From: the human T2T-CHM13v2.0 reference genome, Homo sapiens
Direction: 5' to 3' (one strand)
Assembly (NCBI RefSeq): GCF_009914755.1
Contig: NC_060942.1
Length of the DNA: 64,000 nt
Each line of letters begins with the position of its first letter. The stretch's first letter is position 1. Below, one piece after another: positions 38,212-49,910 of this stretch. The notes beneath the pieces were generated by a model. It made no database searches and had not been told where the DNA came from. It was given only the letters and a program-made list of their open reading frames with translations. A program made the translations under genes and the position numbers.

Positions 38212-39159
38212 TTCATTAACACCCTGTAAACATCACCTATAAATTTCGACGAAGATTTTCCTATTTCTGAGGCTTTGGGATGTAGATCCTGGGGAAATAG
38301 AAGGAGGGCGTTGTTCAATATATGCAATTTCTGGCTCCCTCTCCCCTTTTTAGGCTGACATAACATAGTTTACCGGGCACTCAGGGCAGGATGTTTAGTC
38401 AAGTATTTACTTCAAGTTGTGAAAGGCAAGAGGCTAAGGAACAGATTAAATTTGTTGCACAAAGGAGTGTTTTTACATAATCTAACTAGAAATTCCTTGA
38501 AAACAGACACATACTGTTAAAAACAATAACAACCACACATACACACACAAAAATACTTGAGCAGAGGACATTGACTCCTTCTTCTACAACTTACCCCGCC
38601 ATTTTCTCAAAGCGAATAGAACCATAGGCAAGTTTGCAACTAGGCATCTAAGATACATTATCATGAGCAAGTTAAAGTCTGGAGGCCAAAATTCAAGTCT
38701 TCAAAGGTCTGAAGCAATCACCATGCCTATGGTTAAAGAAAATGTATATCTTGATTCTTGGAGATTAGGTAAGCAAGACACTAACTCCAATCATCATGCA
38801 GAAGAAGTGAGTTTAACCCCAGGGTAAGGCTGACTTCCTCTTTGACATCTGATCTGTCACATATGCTCTCTGCCTACTTGTAGATGTCTCAAGGCCTGAA
38901 AAACATTCACCTAGGTAGGCCAGCCTACTGTTGCCCAGGCACATTCTGACTATGGATAAGGTGGGCACAGAAATTTTGTATCCCCAATTTTGTACACAAT
39001 TTTGTATACAATTACTCCTTGTCATCAAGGGGATTTATGTCACTAGCTGGTGAAATAAAACAGCACACATAAAACAGAACTGCTACTGAAGTACTAGTTT
39101 TGAGTAGGTTCAAAGAAAATGATGAAGGTGGTCTGACATAAACACAACAACAATAATAG

Positions 39160-39370
39160 TAATATTTACCGAACACATTCTATATGCCAGACTTCATACT
39201 AAGTGTCTTACATCATTTATTCCTCACATTACACCTGTGAGTCAGATACCATCACTTCTTTTACTTACAGATCAGGAGAGCAGTTTAGAATAGATTACAT
39301 GAAGTTAGGCAGTTAGTAAGAAATGGCACAGGTCCTATAACCCAGAACATTTGAACTCACAACCTGAACC
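39160..39370 (-). mobile_element. MIR
   Basis: ATTTACCGAACAC...ATGCCAGAC...TTACAGATCAGGAG. Confidence 0.75.
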
Positions 39371-39498
39371 CTCATGGACATCCTCAGCAGGATCCTGAAG
39401 GTAGACAGGCAGGGAGAATAGTAAAGTCTGTATAAAAAAAATGCAATGTCTATTACAGGTCTATTGCAGGTCTCTATGTTGAAGCCTTCTTGATAGAA

Positions 39499-39594
39499 GG
39501 GTAAAACAGACATCTTAAATACACGCTTTGTACATTCCTAAGACAGTCCTTGTAATTTCCAGTATTTATTGGAGTGTCAGATGAATTGTATATC
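39499..39594 (+). repeat. Copy 2 of the ~95-bp local direct repeat, inside an inverted repeat
   Basis: Matches 38117-38211 and is flanked by the 14-bp direct repeat TTCTTGATA(G/A)AAGG. Confidence 0.95.
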
Positions 39595-39724
39595 CAGGTT
39601 TCTTGATAAAAGGCTTCAACGTAGACCTGTAAATGCAGAACTTCACAAATTTTTGTTTTCCCCACAGATTCAGCATAAGGAATTGATAGAATTATTTCCT
39701 TCACAAGTCCAGCAGATACTCCTT

Positions 39725-39940
39725 GTCAGACAAACCTGAATTTAATCCTGGTCTTCATACTTCAGGATAAGACCTTTGAGAGGCCATTAAACTATTCCAA
39801 GCCTCAGTATCCACATCTGCCAAATGGGAATAATAATAGCAAGTAAGTCATAGGACTATCATGAGGATTAAATATTTCCTACAGCACATTTAGCTCTGTG
39901 TCTAACATACAGGAATCGCTCAATAAATACTAGTTATTTA
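39725..39940 (+). mobile_element. MIR
   Basis: GCCTCAGTATCCACATCTGCCAAATGGGAATAATAATAG...GCTCAATAAATAC. Confidence 0.88.
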
Positions 39941-40690
39941 TCAACACACTGTGCAAGGCACTGTTTTAAGAATTAAAAAGCACAAAGTATGATATGAACC
40001 CTTACATTGTTTAAGTTCAGAAGGAGAATAGAGATGTGGTTGCTATTCTACAGATATAATTACATAGGAGAGTTGGCTCACCTTTTCCATGAAGGCTTCT
40101 AGTAATTTCAATTGAGCAAAGATTCTGTCCCTTCTTGGAATCTCATAGCATTCAGTGGGTACCAAATATGTTTATTTGCTATACCTGCAAAATAATATAT
40201 GTTCTGTGAAAACTGGGACTGCTTCCCCTCTGAGCAAGTAACTGAGGAAAACAGAAAACAGCATATCAAAAAGAAAAGTAGGTTTGATGCTGGAGGATGT
40301 GCTACCCAGGGAGTGGAGGGAGATAGGAGAAGCTTAATGCTGCATATACCAAGCTGGCAATGTTCCCCTGGGAATAGTCTCCAAGGGGGAAAGGACAGAG
40401 TTAAACTAATTTAATTACATCAATTAGATTAGGGTATCCCAAATGCCTATAGTCCTCCTCCAAATTGAGAAATTTCAGAAGTTGGTTTGGAGTGACCCCT
40501 TTTCTATTTCCACACACGTCTCCCTCCTTCTAGTGAACTCACCACTATATTTTTCCAGACACTCAGTACCCTCATAGTCCTTTGTATAGAGAATACTTTT
40601 TGGTTTTCTTTCTTAGAGAGTTACTTGCACAAAACAACTTTTTGCTTTCTTCCTAATTTCCTCTTGCCCAACTGATTGTTTTCCAGATGC

Positions 40691-40886
40691 ATTGAGCTAT
40701 AATTGACAAATAAAAATGGTAAATATTCAAGGTGTACACTGTGATGATTTGATATACATATACATTGTGTATTGATTATCATAATCAAATTAATCAACAC
40801 ATCCATTACCATGCATAGTTACTACTGTGTGTGTATATGTGATGAGGACACTTAGAAGGAGATGTTGGTCAAAGGATACAAGATTG
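40691..40886 (-). mobile_element. L1MA-type 3' end with a short inverted segment (40858-40886)
   Basis: Reverse-complement L1MA 3' UTR to ~40856, then sense-orientation GGAGATGTTGGTCAAAGGATACAAG. Confidence 0.85.
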
Positions 40887-41349
40887 CCTCACATGATTAA
40901 CAGCATTTTTCAGTGTAGCTGGTGTCTGCTGTACATCAGAAGGGAAGTGATGTAATTAACACATTTTTCTAAGGTATGAATGAGTGATGCCTTCTTGATC
41001 TTACCAGGATTATACATACTTTAAAAAGGTATGCTTAAAATATATATGTTGAATCACAGGGTATGTTTAGAATCTAAGTTAAGCTTTAGTTTGTAGAAAT
41101 CAAGCCCTTTTGTATGTTGAACGGAAAATGAGATTTTAGGCAATATGAGAGACAGATTATACAGTTTTTATGGCAATGTGGACAAGTATCCATTCTTGTG
41201 GCATGCTTGACCAAGAGCTTCTTTATTTCATTGGGAAAGACCCTTTTATAGAACACTGTTAAGTAATGCATGTATTTACAACTATAAGGAATTCTAATTT
41301 GAAAACATTTGCCAATGGTTTTGAGTTTCCTTCTGGGAAGATGGTGACA

Positions 41350-41830
41350 ATTCCAGAAAAATTTCAGCAACAAGGCAGCACAAGAACCAATGCCATTTGA
41401 ATTGGTTTAACATAAAGAAAACCAGGTGGATGGAAAAATTCTGACTTTTCATCTCAGCTAGGGACTTACAGGCCCCCTGATGAAAAGGACTCAAGCCACA
41501 GCATTGAGGACTGCTCAATAAAGATGTTTTCCCAGGATGTGGCAGCAGTTAAAAAGCAAATAGGTTTCCGGGATATAACAAAAAGGGTTGGAAGATACGG
41601 TGGCACAATGAACAATGAAGGCTTTCTCTTCAGAAAGACTGGACACCTGCCATCTTAGCACCTGAAAGCTACGAGGCAGGTTGAAAGAATCCTGAGCAAT
41701 GCGTCGGAGACAGCTTGAAGTGAGGATGATCTATTCTGAAGGTCTGGGAAGGCGAATTACTGGCAGTCAGATGGAAGGATTCACAATTATGAAAGCCATG
41801 GCAAAAGCTGATCAGATTCTCCTTTCTACT
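41350..41830 (+). mobile_element. Possible CR1/L3 relic
   Basis: TGTGGCAGCAGTTAAAAAGCAAATAGG resembles the CR1 ORF2 'AAVKKANR' region. Confidence 0.4.
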
Positions 41831-42829
41831 AGGCTTCATGCTTCAAATCAACCAGAACCTCATTTTATTAAAATGCTCATCGCTGTCAGTTAAGGAGACG
41901 GGAGTCTGTTTGACAGCATTGCCTAAAAGGCATTGTTAGGGATGCTGGCAGGACTCTCAGGCCACCTGACCTAGACAGGGCTCTTACTTATGCATCCTCC
42001 TAGCACAGCTCTGGAAGCTAAACTACATTTCGAAGACAAGTCAGGCGGATTTCTAGATTAAATTCCCCTGTCCACTGCTGTGTGCTTCACCGAATGTGGT
42101 AAGCTGAGCGTGAACTTGAGCAAAGCGCTGTTGAGCAAATAAAGGCAGATAAAGAATGTTAAAAGGACTAAAAAAATTATAAATTGCAAACTGTCAGATC
42201 ATCCATAGCCTCAGCCAAGTCCAAATGGCTTCATTTCCCTTTTCTACCCTGGCCAGTCCACTTGAGTCTCTCCCACTGGTGTTTTTGGGATACAGTCCAG
42301 GCCATTATGAACAGATCCAACAATGTGCAATGATCTTGAAGCTTGCAGAAAAGTTTGAGACTACTTAAATTACGCCCCATTTATCTTTACCAGGGGATCT
42401 TGTAGTTCTGTCAAAAGTGTCTTTAGGCCCTGGTGAGCTAACTTGCAGTAGTTCTACCATTTGGGAAAGATTTAGAGGTACAGCTCATAACAAATGCTCA
42501 GGATTTAGTATTTCTTTTTAGTTCAATCTTCTGTCTACTCCCATTTCAATGACTGGAAACTCTTTCCTTCCATAAGTTATGCCTATTCTCCCTTTGGTGT
42601 ATTTTCAGCTACATGTGAAAACATACCCCTTTGACAATCTTGACCTTCACCCAAACTTAAGAAGACTCCATACTAAACCAAGCCATTTATTAAATGTTTA
42701 ATTGCCTGGGATATAAGTGGTTCAACTCCCCAAGTTTCTGCATATGATCTCTTTCCCTCTCCTATCAGCATTTAATAAAACAATGCGTTAGGGAAACTAC
42801 TGGAGTTTCCAAGAAATCAAGTAAAAGGG

Positions 42830-43045
42830 TGTGTGGTGGTATGCAAGAACCCTGGATATAGAGCCAGTGGAGTTGGACTGGACACCAAGCTCCACCCTTA
42901 GTAACTATGGTTTTTTAGAAAGTCTATTTGGCTTAGCCTTGGTGTCTTCATCTGTGAAATGAGGATAATGTCTGCCCCCAGTGATGTTTGCTAACTACCT
43001 GATGTGATACACATAAGAGCTATTTCATACAATGCCTTGTGTTGA
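42830..43045 (+). mobile_element. MIR
   Basis: GTCTTCATCTGTGAAATGAGGATAAT. Confidence 0.75.
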
Positions 43046-43404
43046 GTAATTGACTTTTTCTGTTTCTCTTCCTTTGCTTCACTTTTTAACTTACTGCCTC
43101 TCCTCTCTCCTGCTCTATCTCCATCACTCCCTCTCTTCCTTTCTTTCTTCCCTTTTCTGTAACCCACCGTATCTGCCATGTTTCCCAGCTGCCCCCTCTG
43201 CTCTACCTAGGAAGATAATTAACATAGTCTACACATGCCATGCACTTTCCTGTAGATTTTTTCCTTGCATGCCCCTAGATCATGTCTACAATCACCTCTC
43301 CATTGTGGTGCTCTAAATATTTCCCAAATAATGTCTGTCCTTCAAGATTCTACCTCAGTTTTACCTTCACCGGGACCTTGTCTGTTAATTCTACCCAATG
43401 TTAA

Positions 43405-43463
43405 TGTTTTGTTGTTGTTGTTTTTTGGTTTTTTTGTTGTTGTGGTTGTTGTTGTTGTTGTTT
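43405..43463. repeat. (GTT)n/T-rich repeat
   Basis: Seen directly. Confidence 0.85.
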
Positions 43464-43822
43464 GCAATTTTATTCTACTTATTGTATTTTCCTTTAATAT
43501 TTTATTCAGGTTTTGTCTATTTAGTTACATTCTAAGCTCTCAAATTGTGAGCTTGCATATCTTTTGCATTTCCTAAAGTATCTATCATATTTGTGGGCAT
43601 AGTTTAAGTTTTATATAAAATATTTTAAATGAATGGGGACTATTAGTCCAATTCTCTTAACTTTGGTTCTATTTATTTTAATAGATCCCCTTATATTCCC
43701 AGGTGAAAAGATTCTCTCATTCTCCTATAAGGGCTTCACTTCATAGGTCTATAATTGCCATGTCTCTGTTTCATAAGTATGTATTTTGCTGAAATGATTT
43801 TTTGAGAATAATTTTAAAAGGA

Positions 43823-44140
43823 GGTCAGGTGTGGTAGCTCATGCCTCTGAAATATTAGCACTTTGGGAGGCCACAGCTGACAGATCGCTTGAGGTCAGGA
43901 GTTTGAGAGCAGTCAACACGGCAAAACCCTGTCTGTACTAAAAATAGAAAAATTAGCCAGTAGTGGTGGCAGGCGCCTGTTATCCCAGCTACTCAGGAGG
44001 CTGAGGCAGGAAAATCGCTTGAACCTGGGAGGCGGAGGTTGCAGTGAGCCAAGATTGCGCCACTGTACTCCAGACCTGGTCCAGTCCGGGCTACAGAGAG
44101 AGACTCCGAGTCAAAAAACAGAAAAAAAAAAAAGAAAAAA
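43823..44140 (+). mobile_element. Full-length Alu, AluS (Sx/Sz-like)
   Basis: GATCGCTTGAGGTCAGGAGTTTGAG, linker, right arm and A-tail. Small internal duplication TCCAGACCTGG TCCAGTCCGGG. Confidence 0.95.
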
Positions 44141-44200
44141 CATCTTTTGTATAAAATGACTGTTATTGTCTGTGGCTTTAATGTTAGGGCACTGTAATGT

Positions 44201-44417
44201 CCAGTGATATCTGGTAAATGTTTAACAGCCATCTTTCTGTATAAAACAAAACAAAAAATATCAAAACCTGATTTGTAATGTTTGCCAGCTTCCATGGTGT
44301 AAATTGTTCCATCATGGCTGATTTCAAGCTTCCAAAGTGATAATATAAAGCACAAAGAGAAGAGATGTGCACACGTAGCCCCTTGAGCCAGTGTGTGGCA
44401 ACTCCAGCTCACTACTG
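44201..44417. mobile_element. MER63A-like hAT-Blackjack element
   Basis: CCAGTGATATCTGGTAAATGTTTAACA...CATGGCTGATTTCAAGCT...CTCCAGCTCACTACTG, with terminal CAGTG/CAGTAG-type inverted ends. Confidence 0.8.
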
Positions 44418-44779
44418 AATATACTTCTATCTTTACTATGGGTGATTTTTTTTCTGTTTTAAGATATTGTACAATCTTATCTCTCCAGGGAGCCCTAAAA
44501 TAGATTTATTCTGTAAATATCATTCATAGTGACAAATATACTCAAGAACTATCAGGGACAAATTTGAACTTTCCACTTTAGGAAATTCGTCTTTGGAATT
44601 CCTTCCTAGGTTTTTTTAAGAGAGACTGACGTATTCCTTCTTCAGTATGAAGAACAGGAATTATCTCTCTCCATTTCCAGATCAGAACTCATCTCTACAA
44701 TCATAACGTTACTCTATTAGGTCCCTAATAGATGGTGCCATTTTTATGAGCATCTGTTGAAGGAGTAGAATTCAATAAG

Positions 44780-45019
44780 TGTTTCTTTTATGTTGAATAG
44801 ATGTTTGGCATATAGTTTTAGCCTGGTACATTTGCACAAGCAAACACTGCATTTTTCATTCCATGTATTAGTACTACTTACTGAAAATTCCTCCACCATG
44901 GCCAATTTCAAGCTTCCAACATGACATCAACCAGCTAACAAAATTTCTGAAAATATGTGAATTGATTCTCATGAGCTGAGACTCTAAGACAAAAACAAGC
45001 CAGTTTCACCACATTACTG
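44780..45019. mobile_element. Second MER63 (B/D-like) fragment
   Basis: CCACCATGGCCAATTTCAAGCTTCCAACATGACATCAACCAGCT...CACCACATTACTG. Confidence 0.7.
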
Positions 45020-45134
45020 ACCTAAGCGTACCTATAGTGGTACTCGTGGAAAGTGAGTGAAGCATTGCTTCATTTCTCATATTCCATTCAGGCCATACCT
45101 TTGATCATTGGCCAGACTTTAAGGTGCATTTGGA

Positions 45135-45260
45135 TTACATTCAAGGGTCCAAACTTCCAGTCTTCAAGATCTCCCATGATTAGCTGTAGGACTTTATGTC
45201 CATCCCTTAACCTTCTTTGATTAACAGCTTCTTCATCTGAGGAAAAAGAACTATAGCATA
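45135..45260 (+). mobile_element. MIR fragment
   Basis: TTAGCTGTAGGACTT...CTTAACC...CTTCTTCATCTG. Confidence 0.6.
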
Positions 45261-47834
45261 TCGGAGGTGCTTTTCCAGCTCCAATGTCCATTTTTCTAGT
45301 AGTCTAAGGATAGAGAAATGAGCTGCGCAACAGCAAGCAAGTAACTGCCTTTGGCATTTGTGTCAAGTATTGCCATCTATAATATCTTCAAAGGCTATCT
45401 GAAACTCACCAAAAGACTCAATTGAAGTACAAATTGTCAATATATATTGGTTCATCAATTTCTTCTGTAGAAAACATTTCTAACTGACATTCCACTCTCT
45501 TTCTGCTCACTTCTGCAGTCATTTCCATGACTCATTCCCAGTCAGGGCTGTTGTTTTGTTTCTCCCACTTTGACTCTCAGTGATAAAGCAAGATCTAGGA
45601 AACGGGCTTAATCAATTGCAGGAATCCATGCCACCAGCCCCCATTCCATGAGATGAGTCACATGGATCTCAAAACATTTGGATCATTACCTCTATCCTAA
45701 GTTTATATTTCTTATATACCTGGGTCTCCTTTGTCAGATAATTCTATTATTTAATATAATGTATACTAAGCGGGTTTTTTTTTTACACAATAAAAGTTTT
45801 GAAATACTGGCTGTCTCTAGCAAATAAAGAAAGATTATTTGTTTTTAGCAGAGTTAGTATCACTTTATATGACCTCTTTACTTGCCACATAACAAACAGC
45901 AACTTTGGACTAATGCAAATCAAGAACTCAGCTCAGGCAACTACCCTCATACTGTTCACATGTCAAATGTGAGCAAAAGCAGCAGGAAACTGGCCTGCTC
46001 TTTCTAATTACAATCATGATAAGAGCTTAGCACAAGTCTACTTAAAATCATAAAACCTTTTGGTGCAAGATTGGTGTTTTATCTCATTGTATATTCATAT
46101 GATTAGGTTTATTTGACTGCTCAGATTAAAAAAAATGCCTCTCATTGTCCAACATCTTCTTATTTAGGATGCTATGAGGAGTAACCCATGTGCAATCACA
46201 CAATGTCTAGTCCTCATGCAAATGACACAAGCACGAAAAACAAGATGATAGGAAAGGCTTATTTTCCTCCTCTCTAAAATTAATCTCTTCATTCCAGGGG
46301 GACAACAAATCTCAGGTTCAAATAAAAGTCCTTTAATTGGGTAGAATTTCTGTGCAAAAACTAATGCTATTTGGACTAGCAGGCAAGTGCAATCCTCCAT
46401 CTCACCAGGGGACTGCATTTTCCCAACCAAGCTGGGTCCCTCTTTCCTAGCACTGGCAGAGGCAAAAAGTGTTCCAATTAGTGAGGCTGATTTTTTTCCC
46501 TATCACTCTTCTCTCATGTGCCTGTGTGGGGTAAGTGAGGGTAGGCATGGGAAATTGCTTCAAGTCACTGATGGAAGAATCAACTGATTGATTGATATTG
46601 GGCTGAAACAATCTTCCTGTTCATCCATTGGTTTGCCACTCATCAGGAAGCCAGGAGCACTGAAAGTGAGCCAAGCCTGTCAGATGTGCCACTGAGAACA
46701 CTATTCTTTGCAGAATATTTTTGGATGCCAGATGCCAATCACTCATGGGACTTTGCTGCTCAATAAGAATTTCAGATGTGGACTTTAATTATAGTCAGGC
46801 AGAAAAAAGATGATGGAGGGAGCAGAAGCAGCTTTATTTTTAGCAAACCCAGCTCTTAGCCACCACAAACCCTGTGAATCTATTTTAGGGGCTTGTCATT
46901 GTTGTTCGGTGGCTTTCATCAATGTTGTTAAAAACTATCAGGTTTACAACTTTAAGGAATTGACAGTCCTCACTCTAGGGAAACTGAGAGACACAATGGC
47001 CATATTTGGGAGGAGCTGGGCCCTGATGCCCTAGCACTGACCTTACTGAACAACTTCTGGGAGATGCAGAGAAGTTGGAATTTCAAGAATAATCTGTTTG
47101 CTTTAAGGTCAGCCTCAAAATGCTTTAGGGAGAGAGAGAGAACTAGTCAAGTAGTCTACAACTGCATGAGAGAGCTAAGTAGAAATTAAAGGACAGAAGA
47201 GTTCCGATTGTATTAACACTTTAATTTCTGTACGGACTCTTTCATGGACCAGTGATTTCTGCTGAAACAGACATTTGAGGATGAGGGAGTCAGAAAGGTA
47301 TTAATATTGATTGAACACAAACTTTGCCCTAGGTAAGAAGAAGAGAGAGACCACTGTGAATGGCTCTTTCCTCAGGGATTTCACGTATGAAATTTAAGAG
47401 CAACTTGTCAATAAGTAGAAATGTATAACATACATACTTCCATTATATCTTCAAGATATAATAGAAGTTTCACAGAAATGTTAACTGGGTTCAGAGAAAC
47501 AGCAACCAATTAGATAGTGATATTTAAGAAGTTAGCTTTAAAAATATGGCTATGAGATGTCCCACCCCCACCCTGTACACATACACAAACCCCTTAGCTA
47601 AGAGTTAGACTAAAGCCTTCTTTTCAGACAATGAAGCAGCCATCAAAAGATAAAGATGCTTTATTGTTGTTGTTGTTTTGTTTTTATGGATAATTTTTTA
47701 TTATGACCTAAAGAGTATGTTAAGGGGTTAGAAGAACAATTGCATTTTATTATTTTTTAAAAATCCATTTGATACAAGTGCCACTCACAATACATGTAAA
47801 GGATCTTCAATAAAATCTCTTTCATGGTATTTAT

Positions 47835-48107
47835 TTGTTTTTAGCTTTATTAAAAAAATATTTAATTGACCAAGATTTAAAATGTTCAATGTGATGATCT
47901 GATATGTGTATATATATGTCATATAATAGTGATCAAAATCAAAATAATTAACACATCTGTCACCACCTATTTTGTTCATTAAATCCCCAGAACGTGTTCA
48001 TATTATAACTGAAAATGTGTACACTTTGACCAATATCTCCCCATTTTTCCCATGTCTAAAAAAGTTGAACTCATAGAAGCCAAGATTAGAACTGTGGTGT
48101 CAGAAGG
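47835..48107 (-). mobile_element. 5'-inverted L1MA-type 3' end (minus part to ~48053, plus part 48055-48107)
   Basis: Reverse-complement 3' UTR ends TGACCAATATCTCCCCATTTTTCCC, then sense TCTAAAAAAGTTGAACTCATAGAAGC. Confidence 0.85.
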
Positions 48108-48469
48108 TAATGACTCGATACTTGCGAATTTTCAACCAACTAGCAAGAGACCCCCTCAGCCCATTATCATTTCCTGTGCTCTGCAGCTCCCATTTTTTTA
48201 GCTTAGTGTGTTATTTCTGTATTTATTAGATTCAATGTGCTGTCTCTAGATAGTCCCTCATCTTAAAAACCATGGTCTTCATAGGCCATTAATATTTACT
48301 AAACCAACAATGCTTTGAGGTTATTGCTTTGGAATTATGAAAAATTATATTCTGAACAGAGGGAGAGCCCTTGAGAAGCTTGCCATCAAGTGAGAGGGAG
48401 CAATTAATTTAGTGCAGGCTTCAAAACAAATGTAAAGACTCCCATAACTTAATCCATGTTTGCTATTTA

Positions 48470-48740
48470 TTTTAATTCAAAAATGAAACATTGAACACTT
48501 ATTGCATTTAATCTGTGCTGAATGATTCTGGGGATATAAAATAGACACAAGATATAGTATGTGCCATCTACTGTAATGTACAAGATTATAATATACTACA
48601 AATACAATTACATATAACTAAATGTCAAAATGAGTGGTTCAGGTAATATGTATTACATGAGGTCAAATCAGAGTGAAACCAGTATGGGCTGAAGTATTAA
48701 TAAAGATTTCAGAAACTCTATAGAGATAAAACAGTAATCT
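48470..48740 (-). mobile_element. LINE-2 3' fragment
   Basis: CATTGAACACTT...CTGTGCTG...CTGGGGATATAAAATAGACACAAG. Confidence 0.55.
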
Positions 48741-49350
48741 AGTTAATAGCATAAGAATAGATAAGTTGGGAAACTTATCTAAATAATAAACTTTTTGGAC
48801 TGAATTATCTACTTTATAACAGTGATTTGATCACAAAAATGAGATATTTGCCAATAGATTTCAGGTAGTAGCAAAAACCACTATTAATGAGATGGGTTTA
48901 AGTTTTAAGACATTTCATCATATTATAATGGTAATGGACCAAGAGGGCCTTTACTAGAATGCCTTCTCAGTGCTACCTAAATAAGAGATACAGTTCCCTT
49001 TTGTGAATGAGTCACTGTGATCAGAGGTGACCATAATGTGGAGTCCAAGTTCCATTGGCTTACCTTTCAGCCATGCCTGGGATAGTTTCTGTTCTCATAC
49101 TATGTCCACATGAAATGAGCAAAACCACTACCATCTGTTCAAAGCAGTTACAGTCAGCTCACAGCAGTGAGTCCTAACGACCTGTCTCGATCAATCCATC
49201 ACAAGTATTCACCTTGGGATGTATAAGACAATCTTTATAAGTTGTGTGGAATGCAAAGAAGATTTCGTCAAGACCCCTGCCCTCAGGAGCTTACAATAGA
49301 ATAGGAAAATAAGGTATGTGTACATGAAAGCTAGCTAATTATATACAATG

Positions 49351-49910
49351 TGTTATTGGTGGAGGGTGTCCAGGTTCTTGGCATCTTAAACAAATAAATG
49401 GAAAAAACGCACAAACAAAGCAAGGAAAGAATGAAGCAACAAAAGAAGAGATTTATTGAAATTGAAAGTACACTCCACAGTGTGGGAGCAGCCTGAGCAT
49501 AGGGGCTTAAGGGCACCTTTACAGAATTTTCTGGGGTTTAAATGCCCTTTAGAGGTTTCCCACTGGTTACTTGGCGTACACCCTATGTAGATAAAGTAGT
49601 GGCCTGCAATCAGTCTGATTGGTTGCAGAAAGCAACCAATCAGAGGCTGAAGTGAAGTTACAAAATTACACTCCTATGCTAAGGTCTGATTGATTACAGA
49701 AAGCAACCAGTCAGAGATACTTTCAATTTTCCATCTGCCACGCAGAAAAAGGGGTGGGGAGGGGGAGTGGGGACATTGCAAAGGGAGTGGCCTCTGGTCC
49801 TTTTGTAATTTAGGTGTGGAAAGTTAGCATTTTCCTTTTGATTTAGTTCCACGAAGTCAGCGTGAATTGCCCTTAGGTTCCTTGCCTCCAGACCCTATTC
49901 TCCTGCCTCA
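49351..49910 (-). mobile_element. Solo ERV1 LTR, MER51 (A/B-like), 560 bp
   Basis: Minus strand begins TGAGGCAGGAGAATAGGGTCTGGAGGCAAGGAACCTAAGG and ends ...AATAACA. Perfect 4-bp TSD AATG (49347-49350, 49911-49914). CCAAT boxes and a minus-strand AATAAA at 49452-49457. Confidence 0.92.

Noticed and set aside
38169-39704. Shared peptide NSSDTPINTGN in two ORFs suggesting a repeated domain
   Set aside because: Fully explained by the non-coding 95-bp DNA duplication.
46451-46530. Possible 80-nt plus-strand exon (TTTCCTAG| ... GGG|GTAAGT)
   Set aside because: Short pyrimidine tract and no clear branch point, indistinguishable from a common pseudo-exon.
48561-48576. CTCF-like GTGCCATCTACTG (also partial matches at ~6844 and ~9830)
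   Set aside because: Imperfect matches, one inside an L2 relic. Not supportable without ChIP data.
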